DNA of 64,000 bases. Origin: a virus. The DNA lies in the IMG/VR virus record IMGVR_UViG_3300006329_000001, positions 1 to 64,000 of that record. One strand, written 5' to 3'. The notes below the pieces were generated by a model that ran no database searches, had not been told where the DNA came from, and was given only the letters and a program-made list of their open reading frames with translations. Position numbers and translations under genes: made by a program. How positions within the stretch are numbered: position 1 is the stretch's first letter; each line of letters starts with the position of its first letter. Of the stretch, positions 9,713-17,451 are shown one piece after another.

Positions 9713-9722
9713 CTTAGGATAA

Positions 9723-10232
9723 ATGAAAAGAGCGTTATTGCTTTTTGGTATGATTTTGATGAGTGGCACAGCAGCACGTGCCGATCTGACTCATAGACTT
9801 AGTAGCTCGACACAACTCCAAGTGGATGCGGGTTATACTTCAGTTTCTAGAGCAGCAAATACATATAGTACCAGTGGATCTGGTGTCAGCACAACTATTA
9901 CACCGTCAGGTGGTAGTGCAGCTAGTAATCTAGGCGGTATATCTGCTGTCAGCACAGCAGGTGTAGCAACTTTTGCACTTCCTGACGTGGCACAGACGAC
10001 CCAAGGAAATGCATACAGCTTTACACAATCAATAAGCACAGGTGACGCTATCGTTACTACTGCTGCTGATGTAGGTGATGTAAATGGTTATAGTAATACA
10101 GTATCGACTGCCCCTGGTACCGCTGGTTCCTTGGCTGGTACCATTAGTTCCGCTGGAGCGATGGCACTAACAGCTGGAGGTTCAGGTACATCGGCTACGG
10201 GACAGTTTGTCACAGAAGTGACCATACGATAA
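9723..10232 (+). CDS. exported Ser/Thr/Gly-rich beta protein (Sec signal peptide)
   Basis: MKRALLLFGMILMSGTAARA signal; C-terminal alternating strand GQFVTEVTIR. Confidence 0.85.
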   Translation: MKRALLLFGMILMSGTAARADLTHRLSSSTQLQVDAGYTSVSRAANTYSTSGSGVSTTITPSGGSAASNLGGISAVSTAGVATFALPDVAQTTQGNAYSFTQSISTGDAIVTTAADVGDVNGYSNTVSTAPGTAGSLAGTISSAGAMALTAGGSGTSATGQFVTEVTIR

Positions 10233-10244
10233 GGATGCTACATA

Positions 10245-10712
10245 ATGAAACGAGTTTTAGTACTACTACTGCTTAGTTTCGGGGGTGCTGCTGCAAACGC
10301 AGTGCCCGTGGTACCAAATTTTCAGCAGGGATCTATGACATCCCACACGGAGACTGAAAGTACGGTCACGGAGACCATAAATTCGATTGACATGAGGACA
10401 GGATGGGAATACACAGTGAGTGGGGTAGGCGTTTCAAACGATGGAGCAGCACTAAACCCCAACGTGAATACATCAACGGTGACAGTCTCACCAACAGTAG
10501 GGTCGGGAGAAGGAGCATTAACAGGCACCGTAACCTCTCAATACGACAACTTAGACTTCAACACTCAGGGGACGTTCACAATAACGACTCCAGGGGATGC
10601 CTTCCAATTCGTACAGAGTTACCAAGGACCAGGGATGACCAACCAGACTTTAATACAAAGAGTAACCACCATCCGAAGCGTAACAGACACAACAAGTACG
10701 TTTACCCAGTAA
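10245..10712 (+). CDS. exported Thr-rich beta protein (Sec signal peptide)
   Basis: MKRVLVLLLLSFGGAAANA signal; long alternating Thr/Ser strands at both ends; SD AAGGA. Confidence 0.85.
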   Translation: MKRVLVLLLLSFGGAAANAVPVVPNFQQGSMTSHTETESTVTETINSIDMRTGWEYTVSGVGVSNDGAALNPNVNTSTVTVSPTVGSGEGALTGTVTSQYDNLDFNTQGTFTITTPGDAFQFVQSYQGPGMTNQTLIQRVTTIRSVTDTTSTFTQ

Positions 10713-11617
10713 TTGCAGCACTTCTCGGCATCCAAATCTTACCTGCAAGAGCAGAAGTTGGTGGAGTTAGTGCTACTGCAAACCCGATAGCGAATAGTTC
10801 GGGCTCAGTAACCAACCAGGCAATACAAGTTTTACAAGGTCCATACATAACCAACACCTATGGTGGTGGTGTCCAGTGTCAGGGTGCTACGTTTAACCTA
10901 ACACCCTATGTGCAATTTGCCGATTCAAGAAAAGATCCTTGGATCGATTTTTATGATGAACCACAATATAATATGACTGATACCAGTGGTAAGATGACTC
11001 CTACTACAGTGACAGTTAAAAACTATCCTTGGGAGACATGGTATGACACCAGAACCAAGTCAGATGGTAGTAGATGGTTTGAAGATGGTGCTGACATGCA
11101 GATCACAATGGATCTAGATGGTCCTGATGGTGTGCCTGACGTAGTAAGCAATCAAACAATGACTCCTACTTGGTTTAAACCAGTGAGGACTGACATGTCT
11201 GCTAACCAGTCATTCAATGCTGGTCTCTCTGCAACACTATCAATCCCTCTTAATAGAAAGTTGATGAAGCAATGCCATGAGGCAGCTGCTGCTCAGATTA
11301 ATATGCAAAACCAGTTAGTATCTAATAAGAGACTGGACTTTGAGTTAGCTCGTCTTAAAAATTGTGGTGAATTAAAAAAAGCTGGTATATTTTTCCACCC
11401 AGCTAGTCCTTATCATTCTGTTTGTGCTGATGTAGTAGTAACAGCACCAGGTGGTACTTTAGTACCTCACGAGCATCAGTTACCTAAACCTAATTGGATT
11501 AACCCTTCTACTTCTTCTTCTTCAACGTCTTCTTCAGTGGAAGTAACCCCTTCTTCAAACGGTACTGGTCTGCCAACACTTCAGATCGGGACGGTCTCCG
11601 AGTCTGACGACCCATAA
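10403..11617 (+). CDS. exported, possibly outer-membrane protein; start uncertain
   Basis: Signal-like segment KRNRHNKYVYPVIAALLGIQILPARA; NAGLSATLSIPL followed by a helical region; four Cys in the mature part; the first ~100 codons overlap the preceding gene. Confidence 0.8.
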   Translation: MGIHSEWGRRFKRWSSTKPQREYINGDSLTNSRVGRRSINRHRNLSIRQLRLQHSGDVHNNDSRGCLPIRTELPRTRDDQPDFNTKSNHHPKRNRHNKYVYPVIAALLGIQILPARAEVGGVSATANPIANSSGSVTNQAIQVLQGPYITNTYGGGVQCQGATFNLTPYVQFADSRKDPWIDFYDEPQYNMTDTSGKMTPTTVTVKNYPWETWYDTRTKSDGSRWFEDGADMQITMDLDGPDGVPDVVSNQTMTPTWFKPVRTDMSANQSFNAGLSATLSIPLNRKLMKQCHEAAAAQINMQNQLVSNKRLDFELARLKNCGELKKAGIFFHPASPYHSVCADVVVTAPGGTLVPHEHQLPKPNWINPSTSSSSTSSSVEVTPSSNGTGLPTLQIGTVSESDDP

Positions 11618-12389
11618 TAGAGTTAACCTTAGTCATAACCTTCTTAACCACTGGTTTGATCACCTTCAATAGGAGATCTGCCAGTGGTTTTGCAAATAAA
11701 GCAGAGGTAGTTGCAACTGTTGCTATGACTGCTGTAGTTGTTACCACTCCTGCTGTTGGTAGAAACTGTTCCACTGCTGGTACAGGCTCCCAGATAGTCT
11801 CACAGATTTTACCGTCAGGTGTTAGTTTATATTCTTTTACTTGCTCATCACCCTTCTGATTCCTATCACCTATACGTCTAGCATTAGGTGGAGGACATTC
11901 TATTTCTTTGTCAGTAGGGATGTTTGTATCAGGAGTTGGTGTATCTGGTGCATCAACATTAGGCTCTTCTAAATTCAAACCTTCATCACCCTCCTCTTGG
12001 TCAGGTGTTACTGTCTGCCATGTCAATTCTCTAGCATCATAGTCTGGTGGCTCATAGTATGGCATACCTGCATCACATAATACTACGTTACCTTTAGGGT
12101 CATCGTTAACTAGATTCTTATTACTAGATGGATCTCTCTTAGCATTCTCTTTGTGTACCTTGACACAACCAGGCATGTCAACGACAGGTGTACCTACAAC
12201 TGTCACCACTGGTGGTGCTAGAGGTGTAGTAACATGAGTTTGTGCTTCCCAAGGACGTATCTCACTAACAAACACACCACGGACAGGGTATATACCAGTG
12301 CCTTGTGAACGTATTAAAGGTATCCCAGTAGCATTTACATAGATGTTTGGGATACCTGTGTTGTTTATATTAATATGAGGGATAGTCAT
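11508..12389 (-). CDS. Cys/Pro-rich protein with C-terminal membrane anchor
   Basis: Cys pairs, acidic Pro linker, hydrophobic VVTTTAVIATVATTSALFA then basic tail; start moved to the ATGA-coupled MTIPH. Confidence 0.8.
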   Translation of the reverse strand: MTIPHININNTGIPNIYVNATGIPLIRSQGTGIYPVRGVFVSEIRPWEAQTHVTTPLAPPVVTVVGTPVVDMPGCVKVHKENAKRDPSSNKNLVNDDPKGNVVLCDAGMPYYEPPDYDARELTWQTVTPDQEEGDEGLNLEEPNVDAPDTPTPDTNIPTDKEIECPPPNARRIGDRNQKGDEQVKEYKLTPDGKICETIWEPVPAVEQFLPTAGVVTTTAVIATVATTSALFAKPLADLLLKVIKPVVKKVMTKVNSIMGRQTRRPSRSEVLADQYRLKKGLLPLKKTLKKKK

Positions 12390-12547
12390 CGCCACAACCT
12401 AGTTAATTGTCTAACATCAGTGACACCATAGAGTGCCTTTACTGTTGCTTCTGCATCCTCTCTAAGATTAGATGGACAGAAGAATTCTACTTTGGTTAAT
12501 CTATTTGAGTTGAGTAATATTTGTGCTGACCATTTAGTTTCGATCAC
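12386..12547 (-). CDS. small hypothetical protein (53 aa, not in ORF track)
   Basis: GTG start; MIETKWSAQILLNSNRLTKVEFFCPSNLREDAEATVKALYGVTDVRQLTRLWR; 4-nt overlaps at both ends. Confidence 0.7.
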   Translation of the reverse strand: MIETKWSAQILLNSNRLTKVEFFCPSNLREDAEATVKALYGVTDVRQLTRLWR

Positions 12548-12804
12548 TGTGATATCTCATCATAAGGTGGTTCCCATACTGGGACAATCTCATGCTTGCT
12601 TGTATTGATCTTCTCATCTTTCAACATCTCTTCCAATTCTTCAACGCTCAGAGTATGAGCTACCACCTCTGATTTCTTATCATATACGTGAAAGAGTATG
12701 TCGCTCATTGATTGATCCCTTTTATGTTGTTTTAAAATTTGCTTTGTCACAGTCATCTCTTCACTATAGAAGATTAAACTCTGATCTCTTTGATCTCCAC
12801 TCAT
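12544..12804 (-). CDS. hypothetical protein
   Basis: 86-aa ORF with coupled overlaps. Confidence 0.7.
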   Translation of the reverse strand: MSGDQRDQSLIFYSEEMTVTKQILKQHKRDQSMSDILFHVYDKKSEVVAHTLSVEELEEMLKDEKINTSKHEIVPVWEPPYDEISQ

Positions 12805-13055
12805 TTTGGTAGTTGCTCCTTGTAATCCTTCGGGTTCGGCAACGTCTTAACTGGGCCACTAGTAGTCGGCCATGCGTTGACTAGCTGATGATATAATTCT
12901 TCTCTGATTATCTCCCTCAGTCTAACCTCCTCAGCATTAGCTCTCTTCTCAGGTCCACCTTTAAAGTTATCAACTATGGTACCACCACCTATAGTAGCAC
13001 CAGTACCTATGACTGCTGCTGCTGTGACTCCTGTTGTTACTTTCTGAAGGTCCAT
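12801..13055 (-). CDS. small protein with N-terminal Gly-rich hydrophobic helix
   Basis: VTTGVTAAAVIGTGATIGGGTIV. Confidence 0.7.
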   Translation of the reverse strand: MDLQKVTTGVTAAAVIGTGATIGGGTIVDNFKGGPEKRANAEEVRLREIIREELYHQLVNAWPTTSGPVKTLPNPKDYKEQLPK

Positions 13056-13726
13056 TAGAGATACGTTACTACTAATATTACACGTCTTCCTTTCTTAGGA
13101 GGCACCATACAATGTAGTCCATCAAAGACTACTATATCATCCTCTTTAGGTGTGAAGACATGCTTCTTACCATGCTCATCGAATGCAATTGTGTCTCCAC
13201 CTACATCAGTGAAGTATACAAGTAGATTCTTATGAGGGAATTCATGATCATAATGCGGTACTGTTAATACATTACCGTCAACTGGATGCACCGCATTAGC
13301 ATTAATACGGTAGACAACCTGTGGGTTAATTTTATTTATCTCAAAGATTTGTCCAATAACAGGCTCGACATACTCCAGATATTCAGAGTTAGGGTTGGAA
13401 TAAAACTTGTGCATAGGACTTGGTCCTTGCAAAAACCCATGAGAATAGAACGCTAAGTCCCCATTCGACTGCTGTCTCATCTGATAGCCAGCGTGGTTGG
13501 TCTGCTCTTTGATTAATTGATCGGCAGCACTAAGTGCCTCTTGTCTATCTCCTTCGTCTAAGTCTTCTTTATTACTTTCTACGGATCGATTGACATACTC
13601 TGTGTAACCAGGTGTTGCCTGATCATTGTAGGACCAACCGAAGTTTGGTCCTAAAATAAGTTCTTTAAATGATGAATATTCACGTGTATACTTAGTCTCC
13701 ATAGGAGACTTCAACTTAGTAAACAT
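13055..13726 (-). CDS. 2OG-Fe(II) oxygenase-like protein
   Basis: PHYDH (HxD), GGDT, FDGLH, RRVILVVTY. Confidence 0.75.
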   Translation of the reverse strand: MFTKLKSPMETKYTREYSSFKELILGPNFGWSYNDQATPGYTEYVNRSVESNKEDLDEGDRQEALSAADQLIKEQTNHAGYQMRQQSNGDLAFYSHGFLQGPSPMHKFYSNPNSEYLEYVEPVIGQIFEINKINPQVVYRINANAVHPVDGNVLTVPHYDHEFPHKNLLVYFTDVGGDTIAFDEHGKKHVFTPKEDDIVVFDGLHCMVPPKKGRRVILVVTYL

Positions 13727-13734
13727 GATTAAAT

Positions 13735-14007
13735 TTAAAGTTCGATAGGTCCAGTAGAAGGAACAGGTAATGAAGGAGCATCAGGTGCTGACATATCAGG
13801 AATTGAATCTAAAGCACCACCAAGAGCACCACCACCAACTCCACCAGCACTACCAAGTCCACCAGGTAATCCGATAGATCCTAGTGCCTTCTGGGTTACT
13901 GACTCTATGATGGCATCCTTTTGAGTATAAAGATATACCCCACCACCAACAACGGAAAGAGATACAACACCAGACGCAATAGCAATGATGTTAACAATTT
14001 TCTGCAT
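13735..14007 (-). CDS. small membrane-anchored protein
   Basis: N-terminal TM IVNIIAIASGVVSLSVVGGGVYLY; Gly/Pro-rich tail. Confidence 0.75.
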   Translation of the reverse strand: MQKIVNIIAIASGVVSLSVVGGGVYLYTQKDAIIESVTQKALGSIGLPGGLGSAGGVGGGALGGALDSIPDMSAPDAPSLPVPSTGPIEL

Positions 14008-14009
14008 AA

Positions 14010-14420
14010 CTATAATTTATAGGTTTTATCATCAGTCTTACCAGGATCCACAGCAATGATCTTCAATGGTGCTTGCTCTATTCTTAGAGTTTGCACAGGA
14101 CCAGGTGAACCAGCACCAACTCCTCCACCATTCTGCATCTTCATGGTACCATCCCCCTTCTTAGAAGCGGTTTGAATGCCAAAGCTAGCTAAAACTCCTG
14201 TAAAAACCGAAGCTATGAAAGTTGGATCAATTTTCTGTTGTTCTAAACCTGGTACAGTAACATAGTTTAACGTCAAGATCCCTCCCGACCAAACTAGTAC
14301 ACCAAGTCTCACAAAAGTAGAGAAGATTGCAGCTGCATCCTCCTCATCTGGTAATACTTTGTCCTTTATTGTACCAATAATACCTTTCTTTGTCAAGTCT
14401 TCTTCTTTTTCCTTAGCCAT
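14010..14420 (-). CDS. two-TM membrane protein of a cyanobacterial/cyanophage family
   Basis: VRLGVLVWSGGILTLNY and IDPTFIASVFTGVLASFGI. Confidence 0.8.
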   Translation of the reverse strand: MAKEKEEDLTKKGIIGTIKDKVLPDEEDAAAIFSTFVRLGVLVWSGGILTLNYVTVPGLEQQKIDPTFIASVFTGVLASFGIQTASKKGDGTMKMQNGGGVGAGSPGPVQTLRIEQAPLKIIAVDPGKTDDKTYKL

Positions 14421-14421
14421 A

Positions 14422-14841
14422 CTATTTCACCTCCTGTGGTGTTTTCTTTTTACCGATATTATATTTGGACTCTAATGTCCATTCACCTTTATCTTTAAAT
14501 GATAAAACTTTTATCTGGTTAAGAGGTGCTAAGTCTTCTATATCCCCACTAGTATCTATTAGGCCCCAGTCAGATAGTAGTTTTGCTATACGATTGCGAC
14601 GTTGCACATCGTTAGGGGTTATGTTAGTAGGTTTACCATCAAGAGCAAACAACTCTTTGAAATGTACTATGTAGTACTTACCACGTTTGTGTAGAATGTG
14701 ACAAGACTGATACAGCTTACGCTCTTTACGAGATGCTACACCTATACGAGTTAATGTCTCTCTCACTTTGAGAAAATCATCGGGTTCCTTTAGGGTAACT
14801 TCTAGCATCATGTCTTGAGACCACGAGATCTCATCACTCAT
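14422..14841 (-). CDS. regA: translational repressor RegA
   Basis: PDDFLKVRETLTRIGVAS, LYQSCHILHK, HFKELFALDG. Confidence 0.97.
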   Translation of the reverse strand: MSDEISWSQDMMLEVTLKEPDDFLKVRETLTRIGVASRKERKLYQSCHILHKRGKYYIVHFKELFALDGKPTNITPNDVQRRNRIAKLLSDWGLIDTSGDIEDLAPLNQIKVLSFKDKGEWTLESKYNIGKKKTPQEVK

Positions 14842-15224
14842 TGTCTTCCTCCAGTATCTAATTTAGATCTAATAACTTCAATTTGATCTTGAGTCAAAAT
14901 TCTCATCGCTTGCTGAGCTTTCTCAGTGTTATAACCATAGTATCTTTTCACTAAGTCGAGGTCACAGTCTTTAGACTTCTTATCCCAAGGAGAAAATCGC
15001 TTAGATTTCCTAACACTATGTATATAATATTGATACTGAAGATCTTTATCTAAATGTGAAGAGGCATTCATCTCATTTGCATGCATCACAGTGTCTATAA
15101 AGGAAGACAGACACTTGTTCACAACAAAAGCAGGGTATTTTTGCATTGCTCTCTCATCTTTAGAGAGATCTCCCTGCTTTAGATTGATGCTGTTAAGATA
15201 ATCCTTTAACGGATACTCATGCAT
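14838..15224 (-). CDS. gp62: clamp loader small subunit
   Basis: YPAFVVNKCLS, ANEMN, KRFSPW, YYGYN.EKA. Confidence 0.93.
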   Translation of the reverse strand: MHEYPLKDYLNSINLKQGDLSKDERAMQKYPAFVVNKCLSSFIDTVMHANEMNASSHLDKDLQYQYYIHSVRKSKRFSPWDKKSKDCDLDLVKRYYGYNTEKAQQAMRILTQDQIEVIRSKLDTGGRQ

Positions 15225-16053
15225 ACATTACCTCTAGCGGTGTTGTGCTTACATCGTAGTTAACTACTAACAATTCTTTCTTTAGTTTGTTGTCTGGCCT
15301 ATGCTTCATACCATAAGTGATTTTAAATTCTTCTTGATGATAATCTTTATACATTTCCTTTAGGTCATCATCATTATTATAAGTGACAAACCAATCATGC
15401 TTACATATATTACAACTCTCATGGAATTCCTCATGCTTAAAGTTCTTATGTAACTCAGCGTTACTACCATATAGGTATGTCCCTATTTTATAGGGTGGAT
15501 CTAAGAAAAGAAACACATTGTTACCATTCTGTTGCATAACCTCAGAGTAATCTAGGTTAGTGATCCTCCAGTTACCTATTAGATTGGAAATATTAAGGAG
15601 GTTCCTAGCCCCTTTAATGGTAAAATTCTGTCTACTTGCTGTTGCACTAAAGGAACTATTCTCGGTAAGTCCACTATAACTGCACTTATTAAGAACCCAA
15701 AAAAGCACAGCTTGAGTATAAGAATCTTCTTTGTGTATTTTATCTTTGGCATCTTTAAACAACTCCTTAGCCTTATCTTCTGTAGAATTATCTGTCTTAA
15801 TACTTACAAGATCGTCTGATAATTTCTTGCCATCCTTCTGGAGATGCACCCAGAAATTATACAGGTATGTATATTTATCATTGACCCACACTGGTACATC
15901 AGGATACATCTGTGTGAATAGTAGTGCTACACTACCACCACCTAAGAATGGCTCACGATATTCACTAATATTATTAGGGAATTTAGGAATAAAATCTTTA
16001 GCAACCCTAGACTTACCGCCTGGATATCTTAATGGTGTCTTCAAATACTTCAT
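15217..16053 (-). CDS. dam: Dam-family DNA adenine methyltransferase
   Basis: PLRYPGGKS, EPFLGGGSV, FLDPPY. Confidence 0.9.
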   Translation of the reverse strand: MKYLKTPLRYPGGKSRVAKDFIPKFPNNISEYREPFLGGGSVALLFTQMYPDVPVWVNDKYTYLYNFWVHLQKDGKKLSDDLVSIKTDNSTEDKAKELFKDAKDKIHKEDSYTQAVLFWVLNKCSYSGLTENSSFSATASRQNFTIKGARNLLNISNLIGNWRITNLDYSEVMQQNGNNVFLFLDPPYKIGTYLYGSNAELHKNFKHEEFHESCNICKHDWFVTYNNDDDLKEMYKDYHQEEFKITYGMKHRPDNKLKKELLVVNYDVSTTPLEVMYA

Positions 16054-16697
16054 AATACTTTAACCTCTAATTGTGGCATCTGGAATGGCCCTGTGTTACA
16101 TTTACCCTCTGGAAATGCATTGAAACTTATAGTCCATCTATCAAAATTGTCTAGATGTCTACCAGAGAAGTGTCTTAACCATGATGGGAAAAGAATTAAC
16201 TTACCTTCCTCTGCCGATACTGTCTCGCAAATACCCCAGTCATTAGCCATCTTATCCTGCTGATGTAATTCTAGTGTATCATATACTCTAGGTGTGCATG
16301 GATCATCGAAGGCAGTGGGTGCACCTTCTGTCATATAATATACAGCACTCACATAAGACATGGGATGTCTATGGAGTGGATGACCTACCCCACTCTGAGC
16401 AGGTGCCTTGTTAAACCAACACATACTGATCTTAAGTCTATCACAGTACAGTTGATATTCGTTACGATACTCATCAAGACAAGCACCAAACCATCCTACC
16501 AGATTTCTTACGTCCTCATTGTCACACTTGTGTAGATCAGGTCTACTAGTGATAACACCCTCTGGAAAGTTAGATAACTGTTGAGGGTAGGTCTCAAAGA
16601 ATTCAATAAGATGCTTGTGTATATCATCCTTTGGTTTACGATACTCCCTTATTTTAACAGGGAATAAATTAAGTTCGTTGCTTGCTTCCCAAACCAT
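16050..16697 (-). CDS. 2OG-Fe(II) oxygenase (TIGR02466-like)
   Basis: HPLHRHPMSYVSAVYY, LILFPSWLRH, RWTISFN. Confidence 0.88.
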   Translation of the reverse strand: MVWEASNELNLFPVKIREYRKPKDDIHKHLIEFFETYPQQLSNFPEGVITSRPDLHKCDNEDVRNLVGWFGACLDEYRNEYQLYCDRLKISMCWFNKAPAQSGVGHPLHRHPMSYVSAVYYMTEGAPTAFDDPCTPRVYDTLELHQQDKMANDWGICETVSAEEGKLILFPSWLRHFSGRHLDNFDRWTISFNAFPEGKCNTGPFQMPQLEVKVL

Positions 16698-17371
16698 TAG
16701 TTTTCCTTGACATAACTTTTCAAATCTAGTGGTCCTAGATCATCCCATGCTTGCTCTACCTTAATGTTAACCATAGACTGTCCCCAACCACCACCATTAA
16801 CATTACCCGAAGGAAATGTATTGAAAGAGATAGAAAATCTATCCGTGGTAGAGAAATTAGGATCAGAAGAATGGATAAGGTAACTAGGAAAGATATATAA
16901 TCCTCCTGGTATAGGATTCACAAACTGAGTGGCATCACTAATAGGTCCGCCATCCAGTTGAAACTGTGCCCACTCTCGCTGTGCAATTGGATCAACAAAT
17001 ATAGTTGGTGGTCCTTCAGTAAGATAGAAGATAGCACTCAACCATGACATAGGATGCCTGTGTGGTGCATGGTGATGACCACTACCAGCATCTGATCTAT
17101 TAATCCATGACTTATTAACTACCACTCTATCACAGTTCCAGCCATTGTCAACATGTAACGTGTCAACACACTTCTGAAACCATGACATCAAGTCACGATA
17201 GTCGGGGTTAGCACAGATATCAGGACAAGTACCAACTCCATACTCAGCATTGTAATTCCGATACTCCATCTTATGTGCTTTTGCTAGAGTATCTTTAACC
17301 AATGCTTTAGGTGCCTTAAAACTAAAGCACCTTACAGGAAACATATTAACTGTCTGATAATCTTGTCTCAT
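16697..17371 (-). CDS. 2OG-Fe(II) oxygenase (TIGR02466-like)
   Basis: HAPHRHPMSWLSAIFY, IFPSYLIH, RFSISFN. Confidence 0.88.
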   Translation of the reverse strand: MRQDYQTVNMFPVRCFSFKAPKALVKDTLAKAHKMEYRNYNAEYGVGTCPDICANPDYRDLMSWFQKCVDTLHVDNGWNCDRVVVNKSWINRSDAGSGHHHAPHRHPMSWLSAIFYLTEGPPTIFVDPIAQREWAQFQLDGGPISDATQFVNPIPGGLYIFPSYLIHSSDPNFSTTDRFSISFNTFPSGNVNGGGWGQSMVNIKVEQAWDDLGPLDLKSYVKEN

Positions 17372-17451
17372 TTTTTAAAGACACCTAATTTAGTTAGCAA
17401 GTAAATTGTTAGTACTGTCCAGAATACTACTTCTAATCCTATGTTATTCAT
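17368..17451 (-). CDS. 27-aa single-TM microprotein (not in ORF track)
   Basis: MNNIGLEVVFWTVLTIYLLTKLGVFKK; ATGA overlaps with the gp44 stop and the next start. Confidence 0.7.
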   Translation of the reverse strand: MNNIGLEVVFWTVLTIYLLTKLGVFKK

